Positions 1 to 13,699 of a stretch of DNA of 64,000 bases are shown here, piece after piece. Numbering within the stretch: the stretch's first letter is position 1; each line of letters starts with the position of its first letter. The notes beneath the pieces were generated by a model. It was not told the DNA's origin, did not search any database, and saw only the letters and a list, made by a program, of their open reading frames with translations. Source of the stretch: Macrostomum lignano (Eukaryota); the NCBI GenBank assembly GCA_002269645.1, contig NIVC01002279.1, positions 1-64,000 on the forward strand. Direction: 5' to 3'. Made by a program: the position numbers and the translations under genes.

Positions 1-990
1 AATTCGGCGCCCCTGAAGAACCGAGAGAAATTCGGCGCCCCCTGAAGAACCAGAGAGTAATCGGCGCCCCCTGAAGAACCGAGAGAAATTCGGCGCCCCT
101 GAAGAACCCGAGAGAAATTCGGCGCCCTGAAAAACCTGAGAGAAATTCGGCGCCCTGAAGAACCGAGAGAAATTCGGCCGCCCTGAAGACCCAGAGAAAT
201 TCGGCGGCCCCCTGAAAGACCCGAGAGAAATTCGACGCGCCTGAAGAACCCGAGAGAAATTCGGCGCCCTGAAGAACCCGAGAGAAATTCGCGCGCCCCT
301 GAAAAACCCGAGAAAATTCGGCGCCCCTGAAGACCGAGAGAAATTCGGCGCCTGAAAAACCGAGAGAAATTCGGCGCCCTGAAGACCGAGAGATTCGGCG
401 CCCCTGAAGAACCGAGAGAAATTCGGCGCCCCTGAAGAACCAAGAAAATTCGGCGCCCTGAAGAACCAAGAGAAATTCGGCGCCCCCTGAAGACGAGAGA
501 AATTCGGGCCCCTGAAGAACCCGAGAGAAATTCGGCGCCCCCTGAAGAACCCAAGAGAATCGGCGCCCCTGAAGAACCGAGAGAAATTCGGCGCCCCCTG
601 AAAAACCCGAGAGAAATTCGGCGCCCCTGAAGAACCAGAAAATTCGACGCGCCTGAAGAACCCGAGAGAAATTCGGCGCCCCTGAAGAACCAAGAGAAAT
701 TCGGCGCCCCTAAAGACCTGAGAGAAATTCGGCGCCCCTGAAGAACCCAGAGAAATTCGACGCGCCCTGAAGAACCCGAGAGAATTCGCGCCCCCTGAAG
801 AACCCGAGAGAAATTCGGGCCCCTGAAAACCCGAGAGAAATTCGGCGCCCCCTGAAGAACCCAGAGAATTCGGGCCCTGAAGAACCCAAGAGAAATTCGG
901 GCCCTGAAGAACCGAGAGAAATTCGGCGCCCCCTGAAGAACCGAGAGAAATTCGGCGCCCCCTGAAGAACCCAGAGAATTCGGCGTTCGC
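1..990. repeat. ~29-bp tandem repeat (AATTCGGCGCCCCTGAAGAACCGAGAGA), indel-rich
   Basis: Unit repeated about 30 times with frequent 1-bp indels between copies. Confidence 0.95.
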
Positions 991-1469
991 GAAGAATCCA
1001 AGAAAAAAGACCTTTTTGCCTTGCAGAGAACAAGATTGGTTTCAGCATTAGCTGAATTTTTTTGCCAAAAAACTAATGATACTGTACTGCATATCTGAAT
1101 CTCGCAGACTCATTTGCAGACTCGCCAAGAATTCCTTGAGCATGTGCATGGGCTAAAATGCAAATCCCATCACGTCGCCAAGCAGCAAGTGTCTGCGCAA
1201 TCTTTTCTGCTTCAATTAATTATTCAATTATTCGAAAGCTAGATATGGCCATAGTACTCAGTATAGTGGCAGGGAATTGTAGAATCTCAATACAAATCCA
1301 ATCTGGATGCATCAAAACTGAGCCACGCCACACTGACACACAACACAGATAATTTCATAATCTTCTAGTTCTATCATGGTCTCAGATCGGGATAACTTGG
1401 ATCCTAAGATTCACAATCACGTCATTCGATTAGGAATTAACAGAACTTATCATGACGTACCAGGGATGA

Positions 1470-1915
1470 GATACCGAGGATTGGGATCGCTGAACTTCTG
1501 AGGAGATGAGATACTGGGATGGATGATCGCTGAACCTCTGAGGAGATGAGATACTGGGGGATGGGTGATCGCTGAACTCTGAGGTGATGAGATACTGGGG
1601 ATTGGCGCGTCGCTGAACTCTGAGGTGATGAGATACTGGGGGATTGATGATCGCTGAACCTCTGAGGTGATGAGATACCGGGGATTGGCGATCTCTGAAC
1701 CTCTGAGGTGATGAGATCCCAGAGATTGATGATCGCTGAACCTCTGAGGTGATGAGATACTGGGGATTGGCGATCGCTGAACCTCTGAGGTGATGAGATA
1801 CTGGGGATTGGCGATCGCTGAACCTTGAGGTGATGAGATACTGGGGATTGGTGATCGCTGAAACCTCTGAGGTGATGAGATACTGGGGATTGGTGATCGC
1901 TGAACCTCTGAGATG
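1470..1915. repeat. ~41-bp minisatellite (CTGGGGATTGGCGATCGCTGAACCTCTGAGGTGATGAGATA)
   Basis: About 10 direct copies visible. Confidence 0.9.
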
Positions 1916-2539
1916 AATAGAATGGCTAAATTTCAAAGAAGAGATGCATAAATTTGGGTAATTTCAACTTTAGATGGGTCCATGTGGTTGGGGCCTGGAT
2001 GAGGGCACCTGCAATCGTTCAACTAATTTACAAGTAGTGCTAGTTTAAATGACAGATAAAAACAACCATTTAATAGTTTGACTTTGGGTCTTATAGGCTT
2101 TCTATCAGTTAGTTGCGTTAACATAGGTTCTCCACTCTTTCGAATCAAGATAAGACTGAAGAGTAGCTCCTATATATTGTCATGTTGAAGTGGAATCATT
2201 TCGTATACTTAATTGGATACCCTTGCCAGGCGTGGCCTACCTGGGTAGAACTGTGTACAAGTAGTTCAATTTTTTTTGAACAATATTACATTATAATCAG
2301 TTGAAGCAAAGATAAGTAATTAGATTCAAAGAAATGTTAATCTCTTAGTCGTAGTTAAACTTCTGAGCTAAGGATTAAAAGGATTTAGAACAACCAGTTT
2401 GGTTTTACCTGCTTTAACGTATGAGTTGAATTATAACGAAATAACGACTATTGGGATCCGAACTTAAGCTAGTTATTTGATTCGAGTCTAGAAATGATGC
2501 CATTTGAATGCAAATGAGTATTACAAGAGAATAAAAAAC

Positions 2540-3535
2540 CAGGCTATTAGAATCCATATATCTAAGCCATTAGAATCCAAAATCTAGGCTATTAGAGTCC
2601 AAAACGAGGCTATTAGAATCTAAATCGATGCTATTAGAATCCAAATCCAGGCTATTAGAACCCAAACCTAGGCCATTAGAATCCAAATTTAGGCTATTAG
2701 AATCCAAATTTAGGCTATTAGAATCCAAATTTAGGCTATTAGAATCCAAATTTAGGCTATTAGAATCCAAATTTAGGCTATTGGAATCCAAATTTAGACT
2801 AATAGAATCCAAATTTAGGCTATTGGAATCCAAATTTAGACTAATAGAATCCAAATTTAGGCTATTGGAATCCAAATCCAGGCTATTAGAATCCAAATCC
2901 AGGCTATTAGAATCCAAAACCAGGCTATTAGAATCCAAAACGAGGCTATTAGAATCCTAATTTAGGCTATTAGAATCCAAATTCAGACTATTAGAATCCA
3001 AATTTAGGCTATTAGAATCCAAATTTAGGCTATTAGAATCCAAATTTAGGCTATTAGAATCCAAATTTAGGCTATTAGAATCCTAATTTAGGCTATTAGA
3101 ATCCAAATTTAGGCTATTAGAATCCAAATTTAGGCTATTAGAATCCAAATTTAGGCTATTAGAATCCAAATTTAGGCTATTGGAATCCAAATTTAGGCTA
3201 TTATAATCCAAAACGAGGCTATTAGAGTATTAGAATCCTAATTTAGGCTATAAGAATCCAAATTTAGGCTATTAGAATCCAAATTTAGGCTATAAGAATC
3301 CAAATTTAGGCTATTAGAATCCAAATTTAGGCTATAAGAATCCAAATTTAGGCTATTAGAATCCAAATTTAGGCTATTGGAATCCAAATTTAGGCTATTA
3401 TAATCCAAAACGAGGCTATTAGAATCCTAATTTAGGCTATTAGAATCCAAATTTAGGCTATTAGAATCCAAATTTAGGCTATTAGAATCCAAATTTGGGC
3501 TATTAGAATCCAAATTTAGGCTATTAGAATCCAAA
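2540..3535. repeat. 21-bp minisatellite (AGGCTATTAGAATCCAAATTT)
   Basis: Direct tandem copies; explains the LLESKFR/LDSNSLN repeat ORFs. Confidence 0.95.
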
Positions 3536-3622
3536 ATCAGGCTGAAATAAGTGAAATACTTGAACAAATTGGCAACAAATTGCTCTTGGAATAAAACCAA
3601 TAACACCACCCCACACTCTCAG

Positions 3623-3810
3623 GTGCCACGCCACGACCTGAAGAATGCGATAGTCAGCTGTACTGCAGCGGCCACGGCCTGTGCCTTAAGGATTTAACGA
3701 TAAACGATCAGTGGAGGTGCGAATGCAACAACGGCTGGACCGGGCCGAACTGCTCCGTGAATTCGGACGAGTGCGCCGATTCTGCCTGCAAAAATAATGC
3801 AACCTGCGAG
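3623..3810 (+). CDS. Notch: Notch receptor, first exon seen in window (EGF1, start of EGF2)
   Basis: ctctcAG acceptor at 3621-3622. Reads ATPRPEECDSQLYCSGHGLC...CECNNGWTGPNCSVNSDECADSACKNNATCE, then GT at 3811. Not in the supplied ORF track (no start codon). Confidence 0.88.
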
Positions 3811-4124
3811 GTTCGCGGCATCTTGGCTGTGGGAGCTGCGGCTTGGGATTTTAAGCAGATCTGATTAGGGCAGCGGAGCAGCTCAGCGGTAAACTCCCTG
3901 GTTCGATTCCTTGCCACCTCAAGGCACAGATAGTGTAAAAATGTACATCCCTGACGATTAGATAGTCAGGGCCTGTATGGCTCAGGAGTCATGAATGGAC
4001 AAAAATTTCCTCGCCGATGGCTGTTATGGGACGATGTCAGGGTGCCCTCTCCTCGCCTCTCCACTGTCTTCTCTCATCTGTTCTCTTCTCCATCTACAAA
4101 GACTTCCCTCCCCTCCCCGAGCAG

Positions 4125-4658
4125 GACTTGGCCAACCGGCGCTACAAATGCATCTGTCCGTCGGTTTTATTGGACGATTTTGCGAATTTGTCGACCGCTG
4201 CCACTTGGAAAACCCGTGCCATCCGAGCGCCACTTGCACCACCAGCATAGTCGATGGCAGGTTGACCTGCTTCTGCGCTGCTGGCTTCACCGGCCAGACC
4301 TGCAGCATTCGAATTCGAAAAAACATCTGCGAGAAGCGGCCGTGCTATAAGAATGGCACCTGCCGGCTGGATAACAGCAACGAAGACGGCTTCGTGTGCG
4401 ACTGCGTCCCCGGCTACCGAGGCAAACTGTGCGACGAAGCTGTCATTGAGAATCCCTGCGACGGGAATCCCTGCGCCAATTCTGGCACCTGCCAGCCAGA
4501 CGGGTTTGGCAAATTTGTCTGCTCTTGTCCGCCTGGCTACTGGGGCACCCGGTGCGAATTGAAAGCTGAGCCCGCTGCACTTTGTCCCTGCCGGAATGGC
4601 GGCCACTGCCTCACTGTGGACGGCGGCACTGCCTGCTCCTGTCCGCTGGGATTCAATG
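4125..4658 (+). CDS. Notch: Notch exon 2 (EGF2-EGF6), 1-bp deletion frameshift near 4160
   Basis: gagcAG acceptor. DLANRRYKCICP (frame of ORF 4017) switches to GFIGRFCEFVDRC (frame of ORF 3995). GTGAGT donor at 4659. Exon is 534 nt but the flanking phases need 535. Confidence 0.9.
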
Positions 4659-4689
4659 GTGAGTGCGGGGGCTTGGGTTTGGGTGAGGT

Positions 4690-6905
4690 TCTAGAGATGG
4701 ACTATCGATTTTGAAGGGTGAGGTTCTAGAGATAGACTATCGGTTTTGAAGGGTGATATTCTAGATAGATTATCGATTTTGAAGGGTGAGGTTCTAGAGA
4801 TAGACTATCGGTTTTGAAGGGTGAGATTCTAGATAGATTATCGATTTTGAAGGGTGAGGTTCTAGAGATAGACTATCGTTTTGAAGGGTGAGATTCTAGA
4901 TAGATTATCGATTTTGAAGGGTGAGGTTCTAGAGATGGACTATCGATTTTGAAGGGTGAGGTTCTAGAGATAGACTATCGGTTTTGAAGGGTGATATTCT
5001 AGATAGATTATCGATTTTGAAGGGTGAGGTTCTAGAGATAGACTATCGGTTTTGAAGGGTGAGATTCTAGATAGATTATCGATTTTGAAGGGTGAGGTTC
5101 TAGAGATAGACTATCGGTTTTGAAGGGTGAGATTCTAGATAGATTATCGAATTTGAAGGGTGAGGTTCTAGAGATGGACTATCGAATTTGAAGGGTGATA
5201 TTCTAGACATAGACTATCGATTTTGAAGGGTGATATTCCAGAGATAGACTATCGATTTTGAAGGGTGATATTCTAGAGATGGACTATCGATTTTGAAGGG
5301 TGAGGTTCTAGAGATGGACTATCGAATTTAAAGGGTGAGGTTCTAGATAGATTATCGATTTTGAAGGGTGGTATTCTAGACATAGACTATTGATTTTAAA
5401 GGGTGCCAGGGTGATTCTAGAGATGGACTATCGGTTTTTGAAGGGTGGGATTCTAAAGATGGACTATCGATTTTGAAGGTTGGGATTCTAGAGATGGACT
5501 ATCGATTTTGAAGGGTGAGGTTCTAGAGATAGATTATCGATTTTGAAGGGTGAGGTTCTAGAGATAGACTATCGGTTTTGAAGGGTGAGATTCTAGATAG
5601 ATTATCGATTTTGAAGGGTGAGGTTCTAGAGATGGACTATCGATTTTGAAGGGTGAGGTTCTAGAGATAGACTATCGGTTTTGAAGGGTGATATTCTAGA
5701 TAGATTATCGATTTTGAAGGGTGAGGTTCTAGAGATAGACTATCGGTTTTGAAGGGTGAGATTCTAGATAGATTATCGATTTTGAAGGGTGAGGTTCTAG
5801 AGATAGACTATCGGTTTTGAAGGGTGAGATTCTAGATAGATTATCGATTTTGAAGGGTGAGGTTCTAGAGATGGACTATCGATTTTGAAGGGTGAGATTC
5901 TAGACATAGACTATCGAATTTGAAGGGTGAGGTTCTAGAGATGGACTATCGAATTTGAAGGGTGAGGTTCTAGAGATGGACTATCGAATTTGAAGGGTGA
6001 TATTCTAGACATAGACTATCGATTTTGAAGGGTGATATTCCAGAGATAGACTATCGATTTTGAAGGGTGATATTCTAGAGATGGACTATCGATTTTGAAG
6101 GGTGAGGTTCTAGAGATGGACTATCGAATTTAAAGGGTGAGGTTCTAGATAGATTATCGATTTTGAAGGGTGGTATTCTAGACATAGACTATTGATTTTA
6201 AAGGGTGCCAGGGTGATTCTAGAGATGGACTATCGGTTTTTGAAGGGTGGGATTCTAAAGATGGACTATCGATTTTGAAGGTTGGGATTCTAGAGATGGA
6301 CTATCGATTTTGAAGGGTGAGGTTCTAGAGATAGACTATCGATTTTGAAGGGTGAGATTCTAGAATTCTAGACATAGACTATTGATTTTAAAGGGTGCCA
6401 GGGTGATTCTAGAGATGGACTATCGGTTTTTGAAGGGTGGGATTCTAAAGATGGACTATCGATTTTGAAGGTTGGGATTCTAGAGATGGACTATCGATTT
6501 TGAAGGGTGAGGTTCTAGAGATGGACTATCAAATTTGAAGGGTGGTATTCTAGACATAGACTATCGATTTTGAAGGGTGATATTCCAGAGATAGACTATC
6601 GATTTTGAAGGGTGATATTCTAGAGATGGACTATCGAATTTAAAGGGTGAGGTTCTAGATAGATTATCGATTTTGAAGGGTGGTATTCTAGACATAGACT
6701 ATTGATTTTAAAGGGTGCCAGGGTGATTCTAGAGATGGACTATCGGTTTTTGAAGGGTGGGATTCTAAAGATGGACTATCGATTTTGAAGGTTGGGATTC
6801 TAGAGATGGACTATCGATTTTGAAGGGTGAGGTTCTAGAGATGGACTATCAAATTTGAAGGGTGGTATTCTAGACATAGACTATCGATTTTGAAGGGTGA
6901 GGTTC
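4690..6905. repeat. 33/35-bp minisatellite with higher-order structure, Notch intron 2
   Basis: Unit GATTTTGAAGGGTGAGGTTCTAGAGATAGACTATC alternates with a 33-bp variant; longer variant blocks recur. Confidence 0.95.
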
Positions 6906-7604
6906 TATCATTGAAGTCAAAGCATGGATGTTAAACTTTTATATGCTATCTAGATATCTATACAATGCTTATCACACTTCACCACCCTTATCTCTAATGG
7001 GTCTCCAGTCGGAAACCCAACAGCACCCAGTTATTGCCTTATGGACTTGCCTACCAGGTACCAAAAACTCAAAGGCCAAGCGCTAAAATGAGACAGAGCG
7101 GACGGAAATATAAGCCTGACTTCTTGGTTTTATTATTTCACTTGATAAAGATATAAATTTTCGTATTAGAAGGTAAGATAAATCGAGGTGCAAATATCAA
7201 TACCAGTAAGGTACTCCAGGGTCCTCTTTTTCCACTACAAGAGGCTTGTTTTGTAATCGTATAGTATATGCATATTTTTTATATAGTTAAAGGTTTATAA
7301 TATTTATCACGTGCTTAGTCTGTGACTGACTGACTGTGCATTTGTGCAGGGTGCATGTCCCCTCACTTGTTATCTATGGCCTGATATTGTTATAAAGCTT
7401 ATTTTAGCTCACTTACAACAACCAACCCGCCCCAAAAAGCCTCATGCCTCGATCACCTCACCCGCCTCCCCCCCGTCCACAGCTTTTGGTAACTTTGGTC
7501 ATGGAGTTCTGGCACTGTCACAGTCCGTAGTTGGAGTTTAACAAAGCATGCCTAGTGTAGGGGAATGGGTCTCCAAACTCCAGATACCTAGATCTATGGA
7601 GCTC

Positions 7605-8490
7605 GAGACTAGAAGCTTGACAGACTATAGAAGCTTGACAGACTAGAAGCTTGACAGACTAGACTAGGAACTTAACAGACTAGAAGCTTGACAGAATAGG
7701 AACTTAACAGACTAGAAGCTTGACAGACTATAGAAGCTTGACAATTTAGAAGCTTGACAGACTAGACTAGGAACTTAACAGACTAGACTAAGAACTTAAC
7801 AGACTAGAAGCTTGACAGACTAGACTAGGAACTTAACAGACTAGACTAAGAACTTAACAGACTAGAAGCTTGACAGACTAGACTAGAAGCTTGACAGACT
7901 AGACTAGAAGCTTGACAGACTAGACTAGAAGCTTGACAGACTAGACTAGAAGCTTGACAGACTAGACTAGAAGCTTGACAGACTAGACTAGAAGCTTGAC
8001 AGACTAGACTAGAAGCTTGACAGACTAGACTAGAAGCTTGACAGACTAGACTAGAAGCTTGACAGACTAGACTAGAAGATTGACAGACTAGACTAGAAGC
8101 TTGACAGACTAGACTAGAAGCTTGACAGACTAGACTAGAAGCTTGACAGACTAGACTAGAAGCTTGACAGACTAGACTAGAAGCTTGACAGACTAGACTA
8201 GAAGCTTGACAGACTAGACTAGAAGCTTGACAGACTAGACTAGAAGCTTGACAGACTAGACTAGAAGCTTGACAGACTAGACTAGAAGCTTGACAGACTA
8301 GACTAGAAGCTTGACAGACTAGACTAGAAGCTTGACAGACTAGACTAGAAGCTTGACAGACTAGACTAGAAGCTTGACAGACTAGACTAGAAGCTTGACA
8401 GACTAGACTAGAAGCTTGACAGACTAGACTAGAAGCTTGACAGACTAGACTAGAAGCTTGACAGACTAGACTAGAAGCTTGACAAACTAG
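7605..8490. repeat. 21-bp minisatellite (GACTAGACTAGAAGCTTGACA)
   Basis: Homogeneous tandem copies. Confidence 0.95.
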
Positions 8491-8939
8491 AACCTTCGCA
8501 AAACTTCTTCATACTTGGTATTCCTTTATTTTTATTTATTTTACTTACAAGTCCAGCTATTTCCAGGCACCCAAATGACCTTGAAGAGCTGCTAAGCTCT
8601 TCATAGTCTGTTTTTATTGTGCCATTTCAGCCGCTTTTTGGGTCTTTGTTTCCGAGTCCGACCCGTGACTCGAAGACCGTCCTTTGTTTACCCTCCGCCC
8701 CGCCCTGCAGGCGCCACTGCATTATGCAAAACAGATTTGAAAATGTCCCAGTGCACTCTAAGGCCCTAACGACATCTTGTTTTTATTAATTGTATATCTT
8801 GCTGACTTGTGAGTTGCGTTAAAGCTGAACTGACGCACTAGCATCAGTTATTAATTAGAGATTTAGTATATTGTGATGAAAGTCACATACTTCATATGTG
8901 ACTTCCATACTTCAAGCTCCCATACTTCAGAAGCTGCAT

Positions 8940-9800
8940 CCTCTTGAGCTGCCACCCCTCCCCGATCCTTCAGCTGCCACCTGCCACCCCCTCTCCGATC
9001 CTTCAGCTGCCACCTGCCACCCCCTCTCCGATCCTTCAGCTGCCACCTGCCACCCCCTCTCCGATCCTTCAGCTGCCACCTGCCACCCCCTCTCCGATCC
9101 TTCAGCTGCCACCCCCTCCCCGATCCTTCAGCTGCCACCCCCCGATCCTTCAGCTGCCACCCCTCCCCGATCCTTCAGCTGCCACCCCTCCCCGATCCTT
9201 CAGCTGCCACCCCTCCCCGATCCTTCAGCTGTCACCCCTCCCCGATCCTTCAGCTGCCACCCCTCCCCGATCCTTCAGCTGCCACCCCTCCCCGATCCTT
9301 CAGCTGCCACCCCTCCCCGATCCTTCAGCTGCCACCCCTCCCCGATTTTTCAGCTGCCACCCCCCTCCCCGATCCTTCAGCTGCCACCCCTCCCCGATCC
9401 TTCAGCTGCCACCCCTCCCCGATCCTTCAGCTGCCACCCCCCGATCCTTCAGCTGCCACCCCTCCCCGATCCTTCAGCTGCCACCCCCGATCCTTCAGCT
9501 GCCACCCCTCCCCGATCCTTCAGCTGCCACCTGCCACCCCTCCCCGATCCTTCAGCTGCCACCCCTCCCCGATCCTTCAGCTGCCACCTGCCACCCCCTC
9601 TCCGATACCTCAGCTGCCACCCCCTCTCCGATCCTTCAGCTGCCACCCCCGATCCTTCAGCTGCCACCCCTCCCTCCCCGATCCTTCAGCTGCCACCCCC
9701 CGATCCTTCAGCTGCCACCCTCCCTCCCCGATCCTTCAGCTGCCACCCCCGATCCTTCAGCTGCCACCCCTCCCTCCCCGATCATTCAGCTGCCACCCCT
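8940..9800. repeat. C-rich ~23-30-bp minisatellite (CCCCGATCCTTCAGCTGCCACCCCT)
   Basis: Tandem copies; source of the Pro-rich repeat ORFs 8898-9837. Confidence 0.95.
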
Positions 9801-10629
9801 TCATGATATAGGCCTTGATATTTTGAAGAATTTTTAGTTTTGTAATATAAAATATTACAGATTCATGAAATTAGTTGAACAAACGATGCAATCAAGGTCA
9901 GGTATTTACGGGTGGGCGGGGTTTCGCCCCAATTATTCGCCGATGCGATTGTCTCAATTACATCTCTCTCTCTCTCTCTCTCTCTCTGTCAATTTAGTTA
10001 ATTTCCGGCAAGGTTTAACTGCCAAATTAATGCAAGGCTGGTCGGGGGATGATAGATAGCAAGGGGGGGGGCGCAGTTGATGTTCAAAGCTGATTGCATC
10101 ACTTGTAGCGCGTCTAATTATTCATGCCAGCACTGCCCGTGTGTATGTGTGTCTTTGTAATTTGTCTAGTCTTTGTACAAGCATATACTAATAATGCATA
10201 AATAACGGCATCGGCAATTAAGCAGCTGCGAGTTTGACTGACTGCCTATTTTGTAGGCTCCTCCTGATTTTAATTTTTCTACATTGATTCCTGTGGCTCT
10301 ACAAGTGGGACCAATTCATTTTTCAAGTTAATAATTGCCAAGTTATCGAATCTTATCGCTCTAATAATGATCTGCAGTCCAATGACGAACAAGTGTCTCT
10401 TTGGGTGCGGCAGTTTATCGGACACTAATTATTTCAAGTTCTTTTTTCCAATAACTATAGCTCTGTTTTTTCCCTAGGAATAAGAAATATCGAAAAAATC
10501 ATAATTTTCAAAGCGCTGAAGAGCCTAGAATTTTTTATATTGGTTATTGCAGGTATCTTTTTATTTAAATTAATGCAACTTATTTATACAAAAATAATGC
10601 AAAAATTATTTAAATCATTAGGGCACGAA

Positions 10630-11420
10630 TCACTGTCCACCGACGCCTCTCGTCTATTCACCGACGCCTCCTGTCTATTCACCGACGCCTCCTGTCTATT
10701 CACCGACGCCTCTTGTCCTCTCACCGACGCCTCCTGTCCTCTCACCGACGCCTCTTGTTTATTCACCGACGCTTCCTGTCCTCTCACCGACGCTTCCTGT
10801 TCTCTCACCGACGCTTCTTGTCTATTCACCGATGCCTCTCGTCCTCTCACCGACGCCTCCTGTCCTCTCACCGACACCTCCTGTCCTCTCACCGACGCCT
10901 CCTGTCTATTCACCGACGCCTCTTGTTTATTCACCGACGCCTCTTGTCTATTCACCGACGCTTCTTGTCTATTCACCGACGCTTCTTGTCTATTCACCGA
11001 TGCCTCTCGTCCTCTCACCGACGCCTCCTGTCCTCTCACCGACACCTCCTGTCCTCTCACCGACGCCTCCTGTCTATTCACCGACGCCTCTTGTTTATTC
11101 ACCGACGCCTCTTGTCTATTCACCGATGCCTCTCGTCCTCTCACCGACGCCTCCTGTCCTCTCACCGACACCTCCTGTCCTCTCACCGACGCCTCCTGTC
11201 TATTCACCGACGCCTCTTGTCTATTCACCGACGCTTCTTGTCTATTCACCGATGCCTCTCGTCCTCTCACCGACGCCTCCTGTCCTCTCACCGACACCTC
11301 CTGTCCTCTCACCGACGCCTCCTGTCTATTCACCGACGCCTCTTGTCTATTCACCGACGCTTCTTGTCTATTCACCGACGCGTCTTGTCTATTCACCGAC
11401 GCCTCTTGTCCACCCACTGA
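10630..11420. repeat. 21-bp minisatellite (CACCGACGCCTCTTGTCTATT)
   Basis: Tandem copies; source of the FTDASCL repeat ORFs. Confidence 0.95.
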
Positions 11421-12919
11421 CACTTCCTATCTACCCACTGACGTTCTAAAAAATGTAGGGCATTGTATCTGGGTATTGTGTCATAAGCGCATAGAGTATT
11501 GGAATATTAATTATCAAAAATGATAAACAAAAAGTGTTTATTTTGTATCCGTATTGCGAGCGCTCTGCTGTAACGAAATTGAATGAAGCCCTCCGCCAGC
11601 TTATTGCTTCTTGTGACGAAGTGATGAGTTTGTGTAAACCTGCTTCCTTATAGCTTAGCGTATAGTGTTTTTGAGCAGCATAGCAACGACCTAGTCCTAA
11701 GGGATTAGCAGCTGTTTCATTTTCTCCTTAGCATCATCTAATAAAAGAGGTTTACAATCGAATCAACTGTAATGTAGCGAAGCTTTGCATCAAGTTACCT
11801 CGGCTAGCTGAAGCTTCCTGGGCCTTTCAATTCTGGTTAATTAGCTGTATGGTAGATAGATATTCCTTACAATACCTGTAACTTCCTCAGCACAGGGTTC
11901 GGACAGCCTTTGTCTTTGTCACACTGGCATCTTACTTTCATTACTGTCAGCGCGTCATCGTCTTCTGCTTCTGCAATTGTCCCAACTATAATAGTATTTG
12001 CAGATTGCAAATTTCCGAACCGTTTCATTTCCTGGACTCCTTCCTGCTTTTCTCTGCATTCATTTTTTCTGCTTTTGGGGGTGGGTCGCGTTCTTTACAC
12101 GGGAGCCTGTGGGGCGCTGATCGTGGGAGAGTGGAAGGCCGGCCCTTTGGGGTGCTTTACAGTCATGTCCTTTGCTATCTCAGGCCACCACATGCTCGAT
12201 ACACTTTGTAACATATCAAGTGTGTTCGGTATTAAGCAAAGCCCTAACGATATTGTCAGCTTGAAGCAAGCAAGAAAGCTTTTCTAAAGTGTGAGACAGA
12301 AGGATAGAAAGAGAAGTGGTGGGCTGGTTCTTAATAGCCGCGATGAAACGAAACACCCTATATCATATTTCCCTTGTCCCACGCTGCCGCTGGCTCTGCA
12401 TCACCACCCATCTCTCTCTGTGTGTCTGTGTGTGTGTGTGCATTTGTTTTCATTGGCTTGCTGCACCAAGTCAAGGACCCGGGGCGCAGCGCATGTGTGC
12501 CACAGATAGTCCCTCTGGTTAAAGGCATCTAAGTCAAACCAACCCACCTACTTTCTCACGCTACTCCCTTTTCAAGCCCTTGAATTACCAGAACTCTAAG
12601 TCTGGCTTCCTTCATCATTGGGCCAGAATTGGGAACTCGAGCAGCCATTACTGTGTTCTTTTTATTATACTTAGCGCAGTGTAAATGCCATGTAGCAAAA
12701 GAACAACATGTAAACTGTTTCTCTCGCCTTCAATCTCTTTCGAGTTGTTAAGAAGGCAACAATAACGTGAAAAAAGTAGAAATTGGCAATTAAAAAGTAA
12801 CACGTTTTTTTGGAGAGCAAAACTGGCAACAATGCTTGTAACTTTTTTTAATTTCGAAGTTTATTAGCGTTGGTAGAACTGCGATTGAGGACTGAGGACC
12901 TCGCAGGCTTGAGAAAACG

Positions 12920-13093
<174 letters not shown>

Positions 13094-13167
13094 TCCGTTG
13101 ATGTACAGGGGCCCAGACTTTCTTCTCACTCGTCACTTGTGGTCAGGACAGGTTTTTGTGCCCCAAG

Positions 13168-13237
13168 CTGCACGCGGAGTCGAACCCGGAACTGAGTGAA
13201 CTCAAGTCCAGCTTGCTATCAACTCCCTACGGTGCAG
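13168..13237 (-). other. tRNA-like segment (probable SINE head or tRNA pseudogene)
   Basis: On - strand CTGCAC...GGTTCGACTCC...GTGCAG: B-box plus a 6-bp acceptor-like stem; D and anticodon arms are not canonical. Confidence 0.4.
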
Positions 13238-13699
13238 AATAATATTTTGAAAAAATAGAACACTTTTTTCATTGCAAACTTTATATTCTGATGTATCACC
13301 CCAAGTCTTCCACTTTAGAAGTATATATACCGGCCGCTGCTGACAAATCCCCGCGAGTCCCGTAAATCCTGCGGCAGAGGTCAAAATTCTTCTCAATTCT
13401 TTTTTTAAGAAGTAGGAATTGATCCCATCTGCGGGGTGAGGGTGTGGACTCAAACTGAGTTTGACTTAAGCTTAAGTAGAAAATTTTTTCCAGTATATGT
13501 ATATAATATATATGCATTACTTTTTCTTAATAGCTCCTAAAATAGCTAGCGTAGTGTATTGCCAATTGAATTCGATAATGGATCAATGTTCTCTAATTGA
13601 TCCCATCTCGTCTCAGATTCAATTTTAAATCCCAGATTCCTGGTAGGTCCCAGATTTTCAAATCCCAATCTCATTCTCCTAGCTAGCTAGCCTAGCTCG

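Noticed and set aside
11900-12290. Possible piggyBac-like Cys-rich C-terminal fragment on the minus strand
   Set aside because: Cys spacing does not fit the piggyBac CRD, frames are broken, and no TTAA-flanked TIRs were found.
13168-13237. tRNA-Sec gene linked to SepSecS
   Set aside because: No TCA anticodon, long variable arm or 9/4 fold; none of the tRNA-like heads resembles tRNA-Sec.
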